Below, piece by piece: positions 1 through 16,605 of a DNA stretch of 64,000 nucleotides; within the stretch, counting starts at the first letter, position 1, and each line of letters starts with the position of its first letter. Source of the DNA: the human T2T-CHM13v2.0 reference genome, Homo sapiens. A model generated the notes under the pieces. That model saw only the letters and a program-made list of their open reading frames with translations, was not told the DNA's origin and did no database searches. The DNA is taken from NCBI RefSeq assembly GCF_009914755.1, contig NC_060935.1. One strand, given 5' to 3'. The translations under genes and the position numbers were made by a program.

Positions 1-2125
1 TCCACAATGGAATAAAAGTAGAAATCAATAATAAGAGGAATTTTTGAAACTATACAAACACATGGAAATTGAACAATATGCTCCTGATGACCAACGGATC
101 AATGAAGAAATTAAGATGAAAATTATAAATGTCCTTGAAACAAATAGTAATGGAATTACAATATGCTGAAACATAGGAGATAAAATGAAACCAGTGCTAA
201 GAGGGAAATTTACAGCTATAAGTGCCTACATCAAAAAAGAAGAAATATTTCAAATAACTAGTCTAACGATGTATCTTAAAGAACTGGAATACCACGAGTA
301 AACCAAACTCAAAATCAATAGGAAAAAAGAAATAATAAAAATTAAACATAAATAAATGAAATGAAGAAAACATTGTAAAGATCAACAAAATAAAAAGTTG
401 GTTTCTTGAAAATACAAACAAAAGTCACAAGTCTTTAGCCAGACTCACTGAAAAACGAAAGAAGTCTCAAATAAATAAAATCAGAGATGAAAAAAGAGAT
501 ATTAGAATGAATACCACAGAAATTCAAAGGATCATTAGTGGCAACTATGAGCAACTATATGCAAATAAATTGAAAAATCTAGAAGAAACGGACAAATTCC
601 TAGACACATACAATCTACCAAGATTGAACCATGAAGAAATTCAAAACCTGAAGAGACAAATAATAAGTAACAAGATCAAAGCCATAATCAAGTCTCCCAG
701 CAAAGAAAAACTTGGGACCTGGTGCTTCACTGCTGAATTCTACCAAACATTTAAAGAAGAACTAATACCAATCCTACTCAAACTATTCCAAAAAATAAAG
801 GAGGAAGGAATACATCCAAACTCATTCTGCAAGGCCAGTATTACCTTGATACCAAAACCAGGCAAAGACACATTAAAAAGATAAGTTCAACAACACATTA
901 ATAAGATCATTCGTTGGAAGAATCAGTATTGTTAAAATGTTCATACTACCCAAAGCAGTCTACAAATTCAATGCAGTTCCTATCAAATTACCAATGACCT
1001 TCTCACAGAAATAGAAAAAAAAAATTCCAAAATTTATATGGAATCATAAAAGACCCAGAATAGCTAAAGCTATCCTGAGCAAAAAGAATAGTACTGGAGG
1101 AATCACAATAGTAACCAAAACAACATGGTACTGGCATAAAAACAGACACATAGACCAAGGGAACAGAATAAAACCCCAGGGACAAATTCAAACATCTACA
1201 GTGAACTCATTTTCAAAAAGATGCCAGGAACATATTTTGGGGAAAGAACAGTATCTTCAATAAATGGTGCTTGGAAAACTGGATATCTACATGTAAAAGA
1301 ATGAAACTAGATCTTTATGTCTCACCATATACAAAAAAATGAAATACAACATGAATTAGATACTTAAAACTAAAACTTAAACTATGACACTACTAAAATT
1401 AAACACTGGGGAGACTCTCCAGGACACTGAACTAAGCAAAAATTTCCTGAGTAATACCCCACAGGCAACCAAAGCAAAAATGGACAAATGGGATCACATT
1501 AAGTTAAAAAGCTTTTCCATAGCAAAGGAAACAATCAACTAAGAAACAACCCACAAAATGGGAGAAAATTTTTGCAAACTATCCATCTAACAATGGATTA
1601 ATGACCAGAATATACAAGGAGCTTAAATAACTCTACCAAAAAAATCAAATAATCCAATTAAAAATGGGCCAAATATCTGAATAGATATTTCGCAAAAGAA
1701 GTCATACAAATAGCAAACAGGTATGTGAAAAGGCACTCAATATTATTGATTATCAGAAAAATGCAAATCTAAATGACAATGAGATATCATCTCAACCTAG
1801 TTAAAATGGCTTTTATCCAAAAGACAGGCAATAACAAAAGCTGGAGAAGATGCAGAGAAAAGGAAACCCTTGAACACTCTTGGTGGGAATGTAAATTAGT
1901 ACAGCCACCATGGATAACAGCTTGGAGGTTCCTGAAAAAACTAAAAATAGAGCAACCAAAAGATCCAGCAATCTCACTGCTAGGTATATACCCAAAAGGA
2001 AGAAAACCAGTCTATGGAAGAGGTATCTGCACTCACATCTTTGTTGAAAGACTGTCTACAATAGCCAAGATTTGGAAGCAACCTAAGTGTCCATCAACAG
2101 ATGAATGGATAAAGAAAATGTTATA

Positions 2126-2131
2126 TATATA

Positions 2132-2170
<39 letters not shown>
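2126..2170. repeat. (TA)n(CA)n microsatellite inside L1
   Basis: Directly visible. Confidence 0.9.
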
Positions 2171-2425
2171 ATAAAGTACTATTCAGACATAAAAAAGAAT
2201 GAGATCCTGTAATTTGCAACAACATGGATAAAACTAGAGTCATTTATGTTAAATGAAATAAGTCAGACACATAAAGTGAAATTTCACACGTTCTCATTAT
2301 TTGTAGTAGCTAAAAATTAAAGCAATTGAACTCATGGAGATAGAGAGTAGAAGCATGGTTAGTAGAGACTGGGAAGTGTAGTGGGGTGTGGAGGGTGGAA
2401 ATAAGGATGATTAACAAGTAAAAAA

Positions 2426-2880
<455 letters not shown>

Positions 2881-4482
2881 TTACACTAACGTGACTATTA
2901 CATGTTGCATGCCTGTACCAAAATATCTCATGTATACCATAAACATGTAAACTTACTATGTATCTACAAAAATTGAAAAGTTAAGAGTGTCTCTACACTC
3001 CAGAAATACCTCAAAATCTACTCATGAAAAGCAGCAGTTCTCTTGTGAATTTTTAAAACATCTTATCTTCACTTTTAATTATGGTCTCATATTTTGTATC
3101 ACCTTCACTAGACAAACTTCGAAAAAGTAACTGCTTCAAACCAATCTCTTGTTCCTGTTGACACTTCCTCTTAAGGCTGTGGGCATGATGTAGACTTACA
3201 AATTTACTGCAGTCATCCTTATCTATAACACAGATGCAGCAGGGTGGGAGCTGCAACACCACAGTGGACTGTGCCCTGGAGGTGTAGGATGAGCAGCACC
3301 CAGGGCAGTGTCCTGCAGGCTGAGGTCTTGGAGCTGGGTGGTCCTGTCTATGTCTTTGGCACTGTTGGAATTATTTGCAAAATCCACAGTAAGCTGTGGT
3401 GAAGGTGCCTCCTCACAGTCACTTTTCCTATCTGCACCTTCGCGCCAGTCCTCAACTCATGGCAATATTTGTTTCTGAATGTCCTGCACTTCTTTTCTCT
3501 CTGAAATCTGCCAAATTTCCTCATTCAAAGCTTGGGGAGATCATAAGGCACAATGACTTCGAATGCCCTGTTACAGAGACATATTCTTTTCTTTTTCTGT
3601 CTTCATTAAATTATATTATTTTTATTAAAGAGACATTTTTAAAGTATAAACATTTTGCTTTTGTGATCAAAGGTGACTTTCACCAAAAGATTTGTTTCTT
3701 TTTAGTGCAAATGATACCATTGCAATAAGGACTTTCTATGGCTCTTTCATATATAAATCACAATGTGATCTTCATTAAAAATCAAACTCTCTGGATATTC
3801 CCTGGCTTCTTTAATGTTTTAAAAGACAACTGCCTTTAAATTAGAACCATTTACTTTGCCTAGCTTGACCTTGACAGCAGGAACTTGTCACTGCCTTTAC
3901 TTAGTTACAATTCTGGAAATTGATCAGAGAATTGTGTAATCTTAGAACTTCAAAGGACATTGGGAATCATCTCTCCAAACCCTGTTTCTTACAGTGTAAA
4001 GATAATGAAAATCAAAGTAGCTAAATGATATCTCCCCAAATAATCTACTTAATTAACTGTACAACTTCAAATTTTAGAACTTTTTTTCAGTAAGTGGTTT
4101 TTAAATGCTTCTTATCCCTGTCTCTCTTTATGTCTCATTTTCCACAACTCCTAAGCTTTTTTGTCATTGAAAAGAAACTGCTTTCGTCAGCTTGGAAACA
4201 TTCTTTCTCATCAAGCTGTAAAGAGCCAGTTTTAATACTACATTCTGACACAACTTGAGAAACTAATTATTGTGACCTTGTCCCAATTTTTCACATGGAG
4301 GATGGATGTCATTGACAGTTGATGGATTATTTTATGGTTTAAACAGAACTGGATGGCTGGCAGTTCTTCAACATTTTATTGCTGTTAAGTTTGCAAATTA
4401 TTCTGGTAACACAGAAGTTAGTTAATATTATATTTATAACATAGAATGATTAAGCAGAGAGAAAAACAATTTCTGACTATTT

Positions 4483-4564
4483 AAATATTTTGTATAGGTA
4501 CCTTAGTAAAATATTTTGTATAGGTACCTTAGTAAAATATTTTGTATAGGTACCTTAGTAAAAT
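4483..4564. repeat. Perfect 26-bp tandem repeat, three copies
   Basis: AAATATTTTGTATAGGTACCTTAGTA starts at 4483, 4509 and 4535. Confidence 0.97.
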
Positions 4565-5149
4565 TTCTTTTTACTTCAGCATGTCAGCAGGAGAAATCTA
4601 TTTATTTCTCTGTTTTTATTTTTTGAACTATTTTTTGGTTTAAAAAATTATTTCACAATACATCTGTGATCATTATCAAGGCATATACATTATTTAAAAT
4701 TGAATTATTTTAAATTAAACTAAAACATGCTTTCAGAAATACAATTGAATTATAAATGTAGCAGAGCTTTTATTTTTTCTCATTTATTAATTATTGATTA
4801 ATAAAAGATACTAAATTGCAGTTACATGCTAAGAACTGTGTTAGGAATTGAGGACACTCAATGCCCTCAAGGACTTCAAAATAGGTTCAAATACTACTCT
4901 TTTTTGAAATGAGGGCAAAGAAGAGGAAATGACTTTGATTTCAGCCATCAGAAATGTTGATTAGTGCACTGAACAAACCAGGAAGGGGACAGAGAGCATG
5001 TGCTTCCTGAATTCTGCCTAGATCAAGACTCCTTCCTATGGAAAGCTACTGCTAATCATTCTGTATCTCAATGGTATCTTTCTCTTTGTGCTTATAATAT
5101 TTTGTTTTTCATTTGATACTTACCTAGAAAGACTTTTTTGGATATTTTA

Positions 5150-5271
5150 ATACATACATATATGTATATACACACATGTATGTATATACATATATACACA
5201 CATATAAGTACATACATATATACACACATATATGTACATACACATATATGTATATACATACATATATATAT
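5150..5271. repeat. TA/CA/TG compound simple repeat
   Basis: Directly visible. Confidence 0.9.
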
Positions 5272-5834
5272 TTCTCTTTAACAACACTTTGAGAAGAGGA
5301 AGAATGTGTTAAATATAAGGCTTCTAAAAATAATTGTCAATGTCCATTGGGATTGCAGTATTAAAAATTATTTGTTGAATGACTTAACTTATACCAACTA
5401 ATATCCATACATTTTTTTCTTAGTGTAAATTTCCTGGTCTACCTTTATAATTGTCTCTCCATAGTCATTTCATGGATATAGACCAGGTGAATTTAGATTT
5501 GATTTTCAATCATAGATTCTGCCCACATTTGCTCTATGCACCTCTAACCCTCCTTGAACCAGCAGTTAACCAAATTGTATTCATTCTATGAGAAAAGGCA
5601 GAAGAACAAAAGAGCAAGAGTAATCATGAAAACACAATATAATTTTGATCACATCATATATGCTATCCCATTGCACAAAGTCACATGGCCAGCCCAAAGT
5701 CTCAAAAGATGAATAAGCAAATTATTTCTACAATGAGGTTATTAAAAAGTGTGGATTTATAGTTCTTTGACTTGAGCATGAAAACGTGTTTGGAATAAGT
5801 CTACCTGCCATATTAATAAAATCTAATTACCCCA

Positions 5835-6277
5835 TGTATTATGGTTCTCTAGAGGGACAGAACTAATAGAATAGTTATGTATATAAAGGGGAGTTTAGTA
5901 AGTATTAACTCACATGATCACAAGGTCCCACAGTAGGCCGTCTGCAACCTGAGGAGCAAGGAGAGCCTGTCCGAGTCCCAAAACTGAAGAACTTGGAGTC
6001 TGCTGTTTAAGGGCAGGAAACATCCAGCACAGGAGAAAGATGTAGGCAAGGAGGCTAAGCCAGTCTAATCTTCTCATGTTTTTCTGCCTGCTTTATATTC
6101 TACCCACACTGGCAGCTGAATAGATGATTCCCACCCAGATTAAGGGTGGTTCTGTGTTTCACAGGCCACTAACTCAAATGTTAAATCTCTTTTGGCAACA
6201 CTCTCACAGACATACCCAGAATCAATACTTTGCATCCTTCAATACAGTCAAGTTGACAATCCGTATTAACCATCACA
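5835..6277 (-). mobile_element. MLT2A-like (ERVL) solo LTR
   Basis: The reverse complement begins TGTGATGGTTAATA..TGTCAACTTGA..TTGAAGGATGCAAAGTATTG. TG..CA ends, with 5-bp TSD CCCCA at 5830-5834 and 6278-6282. Confidence 0.88.
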
Positions 6278-7435
6278 CCCCACTATGCCTATGTTGCACT
6301 GAGAAGATAAACAGCGTTTTTTCTTTAGAGGTTTCTCTTTGGAGATTTTCTCTAGACAAACCTCCAAGCTTACAGACTGGCTTCACTTTACATTCATGAC
6401 CATTCCTCTAAAATAGATACTCAATATTGCCCAACAGTCCTACATGATAGCCCATTAAGTTAATTTTGCTACTCTCTCCAAAATAATTATTTTGTTCATT
6501 TCCCTCTCCCTTCAGATGTACTTATAATTTGTCTTTCTCCTCTAGAATGTAATCTAATGACAGCAGAAATCTTTCAGGGTTTTGATCACTGATGCATCCC
6601 AAGTGCTTTGAATAGCACCTGGTATATTGTATGTGCGTATACATATTTTAAATTTTACAGATTATTCTAATTTAGATTAAATAATTAATTTAATATACAA
6701 TATTTCCCACTGAAATGTAAGTTATGTTTCTGAGTGTATGTGTGAAAAGCAGCAGTTCTTGTCCAATTCACTTGGACAATTAGTAATAAAAATTGATATT
6801 GTTTGGCTCTGTGTCCCCACCCGAATCTCAAAGTTTCCTCCTTTTAACTAATAAAAATCCAGAAACCAGCACAGTTCCTTAAACAAAATAAGTTTTCCTT
6901 GAATGTAATAATTTACTGCAATATTACAAATGCTATTTCAAGATAGTGGAAGCCAGGTTCTGAGATTGAATATTTATATATGTATTCACTTGATAAAGTG
7001 AACAAAGTTAGAAGATATGTTTATTATAAGGTGTGATTTATTAGAGAACTGGTAGCTTGTTTTAAAACATATATCATATATATATACTATAATTCTATGG
7101 TAGTTTTCTACTGTGTAACTTTATTTTATATTAAAATAAACTATCATCAAAGACAAACACAAAATATAAAAATGCAGTTCACATTTTATTTGGATTTTTT
7201 CTTTAATTATCATGTTACTCCATTCCAAATAAATTGCTTTCAAAAAAGCAATTATTAGATTTACAGACATAATAACATTAAATGTCATGAGATTAAATGC
7301 TGAGACACAGTAGTCTTCAGTTTAGAAATATGGAAAAAGATAGATTCAGAATTAATGTTTACTACATTTTTTGGTGATTGTTCACCTTGTTGTAAGCAAT
7401 AAAATCTAGAAATAGTCATTAAAAATTGGCAGTGT

Positions 7436-8625
7436 CCTCATACAAAAGTTAACTCAAGATGGATTAAAGACTTAAATGTAAAACTCCAAACTATAAGAAC
7501 CCTAGAAGAAAATTTAAGCAATATCATTCAGGACATATGCTCAGGCAAAGATTTCATGACAAAAACACCAAAAACAATTGCAACAAAAGGAAAAATTGAC
7601 AAATGGAATCTAATTAAACTAAAGAGCTTCTGCACAGCAAAAGAAACTATCATCAGAGTGAACAGACAACCTACAGAATAGGAGAAAAATTTTGCAATCT
7701 ACCCATCTGACAAAGGTCTAATACCCATGATCTACAAGGAACTGAAGCAAATTTACAAGAGAAAAACAAACAACCCCATTAAAAAGTGGGCAAAGTACAT
7801 GAACACACATTTCTCAAGAGAAGACATTTATGCAGCCAACAAACATATGAAAAATGCTCAACATCACTGGTCATTGCAGAAATGCAAATCAGAACCACAA
7901 TGAGATACCATCTCACACTAGTTCGAATGATGATTATTAAAAAGTCAAGAATCAACAGATGCTGGCAAGGCTGTGGAGAAATAGGAACGCTTTTACACTG
8001 TTGGTGGGAATGTAAATTGGTTCAACCATTGTGGAAGACAGTGTGGCAATTCCTCAAAGACCTAGAACCAGAAATGCCATTTGACTGAGCAATCCCATTA
8101 CTGGGTATATACCTAAGGAATATAAATCATTCTATTATAAAGATACATGCACGTGTATGTTCACTGCAGCACTATTCACAATAGTAAAGACATGAAATCA
8201 ACCCAAATGCCCATCAATGATAGACTGAACAAAGAAAATGTGGTACATATACACCATGGAATACTATGCAGCCATAAAAAGGAATGAGATCATATTCTTT
8301 GCAGGGACTTGGATGGAGCTGAAAGCCATCATCCTCAGCAAACCAACACAGGAACAGAAAACCAAATACCGCATGTTCTCACTTATAAGTGGGAGCTGAA
8401 CAATGAGAACACATGGACACAGGGAGGGGTACAACATATACCACGGCCTGTCAGGGGTGGGGGAAGGGGAGGGAGATCATCAGGAAAAATAGTTAATTCA
8501 TGCTGGGCTTAATACCTAAGTGATGGATTGACAGCTGCAGCAAACCACCATGGCACATGTTTACCTATGTAACAAACCGGCACATCCTGCACATGTATTC
8601 CAGAACTTCAAATAAAATAAAAAAA
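7436..8625 (+). mobile_element. 5'-truncated L1PA (mid-age), ORF2 end, 3' UTR and A tail
   Basis: ORF 7786-8088 has [37 protein letters not shown]-rich 3' UTR, then AATAAA and an A-rich tail at ~8611-8625. Confidence 0.93.
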
Positions 8626-8654
8626 TATTTAAAAAGGGGAACAACAAAACAATA

Positions 8655-9800
8655 TTTTTTAAAAAGATAAACTCAATAAACCATTAGCTAGACTATCCAA
8701 GGGAAAAAACAGACTCAAATAAAATCAGAATTCCAAAAAAGACATTAGAAAAAAATACAAAGGATCATTAGAGACTATGATGAACAAGTATATACTAACA
8801 AATTAGAAAACCTAGAGGAAAATGCTTGGACACACACAACATACCAAGATCGAACCAGGAAGAAATAGAAAACCTGAACAGGCCAATAAGAAATAGAGAG
8901 ATTGAGTCGGTAATAAAATGTCTCCCAACAAAGAAAGGCCCAAACTCGATGGCTTTGCTGCTTAATTCTACCAATTTGTATAGAACTAACAATTCTTTTC
9001 AAACTGTTTCAAAAAATTCTTTTTGGATTGAATTCTTCCTACCTCATTCTATGAGGCCAGCATTACCCTGGTACCCAAACCAGACAAGGACACAATAATA
9101 AAAAAATAAATTTACATGCCAATATCCCTGATGAACACAGATGCAAAAATCCTCAACAAACTGAATCCAAAGTACATCAAAAAGATAATACACCATGATC
9201 AAGTTGGATTTACCTGAGAGATGCAAGGGTGGTTCAGCGTAGGCAAATCAATAAATGTGATACATCACATTAACAGCATGATGGGCAAAAGCATATAATC
9301 ATCTTAATAGACACAGAACAAGCATTTGATAAAATTCAACATCCCTTTATGATAAAAACTCTCAAGAAATTAGGCATAGAGGGAATATACCACAACATAA
9401 TAAAGGCTCTATATGACAAACTCACAGCTAATATCATATGAAATTTTGAAAACCTAAGGTCTTTCCTAAGAACTGGAACAAGACAAGGATGCGTATATTC
9501 ACCACTCTTCTTCAACATAGTACTGAAGGTCCTAGCCAATCAGACAACAGAAAGAAATAATAGGTACCCAAATTGGAAAAGAGAAAGTCAAATTATCCCT
9601 CTTTGCAGATGACATGATCTTATATGTAGAAAAACATAAAGACACCTTAAAAAAACCTCTTAGAACTGACAAACATATTCGATAAAGTTGTAGGATGCAA
9701 AATCAACATACAAAACTTAGTAGCATTTTTATACACCATTAATGAACTAGCTAAAAAAGAAATCAGGACAGCAATCCCATTTACACTAGCTACAAAAGGG
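8655..9800 (+). mobile_element. Older L1 ORF2 fragment (Z/RT region)
   Basis: Degenerate [19 protein letters not shown] and [10 protein letters not shown] motifs (the last at ~9598-9625). Confidence 0.9.
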
Positions 9801-9870
9801 GAAAAAAATGGTAGTGTGTTTTTGGTGATTTATTGGGCAGCAATTCACTTGGACAGTCAGTAATGAAAAT

Positions 9871-10236
9871 TGATATGGTTTGGCTCTATGTCCCTACCCA
9901 AATCTCATCTCAAATTGTAATCCCCATAATCCCCACGTGTTGAGGGAGGCACCAGGTGGGAAGTAATTGAATCACAGGGTCGTTTTTCCCCATGCTGTTC
10001 TCGTGATAGTGAATGAGTTCTCATGATGTCCGATGGTTTTATAAGGCAGTTTTCCCTGCTTTTGCTAACTCTCTCTCATCTGTCACCATGTAAGATGTGC
10101 CTCTTCCTCTTCTGCCATGATTGTTTCTCGAAGCCTCTCCTGCGGTGCAGAACTGTGAGTCAATTAAACCTGTTTTCTTTATAAATTACCCAGTCTCAGG
10201 TATGTCTTTATAGCAGTGTGAAAATGGACTGATACA
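9871..10236 (+). mobile_element. THE1 (THE1D-like) MaLR solo LTR
   Basis: Starts TGATATGGTTTGGCTCT and ends AAAATGGACTGATACA. Flanks are AAAAT and ATAAT. Confidence 0.9.
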
Positions 10237-11088
10237 ATAATGTTAAAGTAGGAATTGATGTAGATGGCAAATTTTTTATGCACTCTTGTCCTTCTTTTTA
10301 ATTTTGTTTATAAGCAAAATTTAATTCAGCTCAATATATGACATATTTCTCAGTAGCTGTAATATGGTTTCCAGATATGTGCAAAAGTTGTGTTTAGTAG
10401 ATAGATCTTCCTATATTAACAGTTGGTCCAAAGCTAAAGAATAAAGTTGGTTTTGGAGATTTAAGATTCTATGATATTTACCACTATGCCTTGAGAAAAC
10501 ATTTCACAAAGTATCTAATTTTTATGGAGCATTTATTATTTTCCTAATGACTCATGTTCAAATCTCAGAACTATTTATTAGTAGTAATGTTATTAACAGG
10601 ATCAGAGCAAGTAGTCTGATGACAGTGCACTAGAAGATAACCAAAATTACCATGCTTGGTTGGCTGCCTAATCTCTACCACCCAAAAGTCTGGGCACTGA
10701 GAGTATAATAATGAATAAGATGTGGTCTTTTCTTATAAGAATTCCCTATTACAGGAAGACAAAAATGTACATTATTTAATTCACACTCCAGTATGATAAG
10801 TCGCACAATAGAGGCTTAAGACAGCACTGAGAGGATGTTAACTTTGCACTGGTCAGTGGGGTCATAACATTACATGATGAATTCCAACTGGGTCCCGTAT
10901 GGTGTGCAAAACTGCAGCACTAGCACAGAATAAATTACAGCTGGAGAGGTGATACATCCAGTTTCTTCATTTTAATTGTGATAAGACTGAAGGGCAGAGT
11001 AGGTACAGGATATAGCCAAAGACATGCAGAGATTTTGTTATTGATCCTGTACCAGAACTCACAACTCCTGCTGTTAGTTTTATTCACC

Positions 11089-11530
11089 TGTAGCAGACAC
11101 TGCTGTATATTGTTTGTATCTCTCCTGTCTAACGAGATGCAGGGAAATACCGATTAGTTCAAAAAATATGTAATCCTTTTTTCCTGAGATGTGGCAGAAA
11201 CGTTTTTAGAAGAGACTCTTGGGCTGTGTCCTCACCAATTAAAGAGAAACAATGAAAGAAGCAAATTTATTTTACTGAGAAGTTGTCTATGCTTGTGATG
11301 TCTAGTATATTACAAACATCTTGTGACCAAGAGGAGAAGCAAGCTAACAAAGTGAAGATGGGAGAAAAGAAAGATGAAAAAGCCCTGGGTCCTTGATGAC
11401 ATTTATGGGCCATTGGATTAAACAACCCTGGAATTCTCCTTTCTAGAAACTTCTGAAGTGATACGATTAGTTTTCCCTATCATTTAAGCCAAATGAATCA
11501 CAATGCAGTATTTCTACAGTTAGCTCATTC
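11089..11530 (+). mobile_element. Old MLT1-type MaLR LTR
   Basis: Motifs CCCTGGGTCCTTGATGACAT, CAACCCTGGAA and TTTAAGCCA resemble MLT1J/K. Confidence 0.5.
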
Positions 11531-11649
11531 TAAGACACCACTCCAGGTTATGGGTAATAGCAATATTAAAACTGCATTAAAATAAAAACAATATTAAATT
11601 GCCGAGTGTTTGTGTCACTGTTACCAGAACATGTAAATGTTTAACTTAA

Positions 11650-13950
11650 ATTAGTTTTATAAAATCGTTGAGAGAAATGTACATTTATGCATATTTGTAA
11701 GACATAATGCAGATAGATTCCTTGTACCCTTTACAAGGTTTTCCCACTTTGCAGAACTACAGTACTCTATCAGAACCAGTGTATGGACATTGGTACAAGC
11801 AATATGGATATGGAACATTCCCAACACCATAAATTTCCTCTTTCATAAACATGCCCACTTCCATCTCCCATTCCTGATGACCATTAATCTGTTCTCCATT
11901 TCTATGATTTTGTCATTACAAGAATGTTACGAAAATAGATCACATGGTATATAACCTTTTGGGATTGACTTTTTTTGCTCAGCAACATTTCTTGGAGATT
12001 CATGCAAGTTGTTGAATGTATCAATAGTTTGTTTCTTTTAGTTGCTTAATGGCATTCCATGGTAAAGGTCTATCCCAGCTTGTTGAACCATTCGCCTTCT
12101 CTGGGATGATTCTATTTGGGGCTATCACAAATAAAGCTGCTATGAACATTCTCATATGAACATTCCCATATTGTGAACATGTGGAAATAAAAGATATGGT
12201 TTTATTTCCCTGAGTAAATGTCTGAGAGTTCAATATCAGGGATGTATGTTGTTTTATGTTTAGTGTTATTTTTTTTAATGCCAAACTGCTTTCCAGAGAG
12301 ATGATGATTTTACATTCTCACTAACAATATATGCATGATCTGGTTTTCCATATTCTCTCTAGCATTTGGCATTGTCATTATTTTATATTTTAGCCCTTCT
12401 TATAGGTATGCAGTAATAGCTTTTTGTGGTTTCAATTTGCATTTCCCTAATGGTCAAATAACTAATTATATTGAACAACTTTTTTGTGTGCTTATTTGTC
12501 CTCTGTATATCCTCTTTGAGGAATTATCTGTTCAAATATTTTCTCATCCATTTTTAATTAGATTGTTTCTTATTGATGAGTCTGAGAGTCCTTTATATTT
12601 TCTAGATAAAAACTCTTTGTCCAAAACATGGTTTGCAAATATTTTCTCCCAGTTGACAGTTTGTCTTTTCATACTACTCACATGGGTTTTATTTGAACAA
12701 AAGTTTAATAGATAAGTTTAAACTTATCAATGTTTATTTCATGAGTTGTGCTTTTGGTGTCAATTTTAATAACTTTTATCCTAATTCTAGATCCAGAAAA
12801 CCTACTCCTATGAATTTTTCTAACTATTTATACTTTACATTATGCATTTAAATTTGTAATCTATTTTTAGTTAATAAGTCATTTTCTGACACGTATTTTA
12901 GAAAACAATTTACCTTTTTGAAATAATTGCTCAAGATATACTTCAATTAGACAGGGTTTAACAAAATAAAAATATCAAGACTATAAAAGTAAAATATTGT
13001 ATAAAACATTCTGGAATATAAAACAAAGCTTTTAAGAAATAGAATATACTTTCAAGTAATTATTCTAAATATGGCTGTAAAACTTAATGTGAGCATAAAA
13101 CATTGAATATATGTAAATATAAAAGAATATAGTATAAATGCTTTTAGAAATTATTGTGTATGATATGAGGTTTAAGTTGCCAAGGTTTAATCTTCCCTTC
13201 TCTACCCTCCCTTGAGGTTGCCCAACTGCTCTGCAACATTTGTTGAAAAGAGCATCCTTCTTCCATTGAATTGCTGTTGCATTTTTGCCAAATTATATAT
13301 TATGGGTGTATTTCCTATGGAAAGGCACAACCCTAGAATATCTAAAATAATCCTAAATATATATATAAAAAAAGAAATCAGTCTATAATTTCGAGATGCA
13401 TTTTATAGCTACAGAAATCAAGGCTGTGGTATTTGTGTAGGGAAAGACACATTAATGAAGGGGAATAGAGAATATAGAAAAATACATACTTTCACTTTTT
13501 TCTGTCTTAATTCTTTGAAGTTTAATTATAGTGCATTTGATATGGATTTATTTAGGTTTATCCTACTTAAGTTCACTTAGCTTTTGAATTTGTAGGTTTA
13601 GGTCTTTCATCAAATTTGGGAATTTTCAACTATTATTTATTTTAAATTTCATTCCAACACGCTCCTTTTTTTCTGGGACTGGAAATACACACATACTGGA
13701 TTTTTTTTTATGTCCTATAGGTCCCTGAGGCTCAATTCATTTTGTTTTTCAGTCTCTTTTCTCTCTGTTGGTCAGATTGAGTAAATTGTATTGCTCTGCT
13801 CTCACGTTCACTGATTCTACATTCTGTCATATTCACTCTACTACTGAGGTCAAGGTTTTTATTTCTGCTATTGTATTTTTCATTCTATAATCTTATTTGT
13901 GTGGGGTTTTTTTTTGCCTTTGATTATTTCTATTTTCTTTCTACACAACA
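11650..13950 (-). mobile_element. Ancient L1M (L1MC/MD-like) fragments, with a small plus-strand segment at ~13316-13490
   Basis: Antisense L1 3' motifs: AATAAAGCTGCTATGAACATT, TTTGCATTTCCCTAATG, TTTGCAAATATTTTCTCCCAG. Confidence 0.75.
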
Positions 13951-13953
13951 TTT

Positions 13954-16604
<2,651 letters not shown>

Positions 16605-16605
<1 letters not shown>

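Noticed and set aside
3053-3728. Short ORFs in unique DNA as exons or pseudogene
   Set aside because: No protein similarity I can recognise and no supporting structure. A TBLASTN/BLASTX search would be needed.
4483-4564. CRISPR-like repeat
   Set aside because: The units are head-to-tail with no spacers, in primate DNA.
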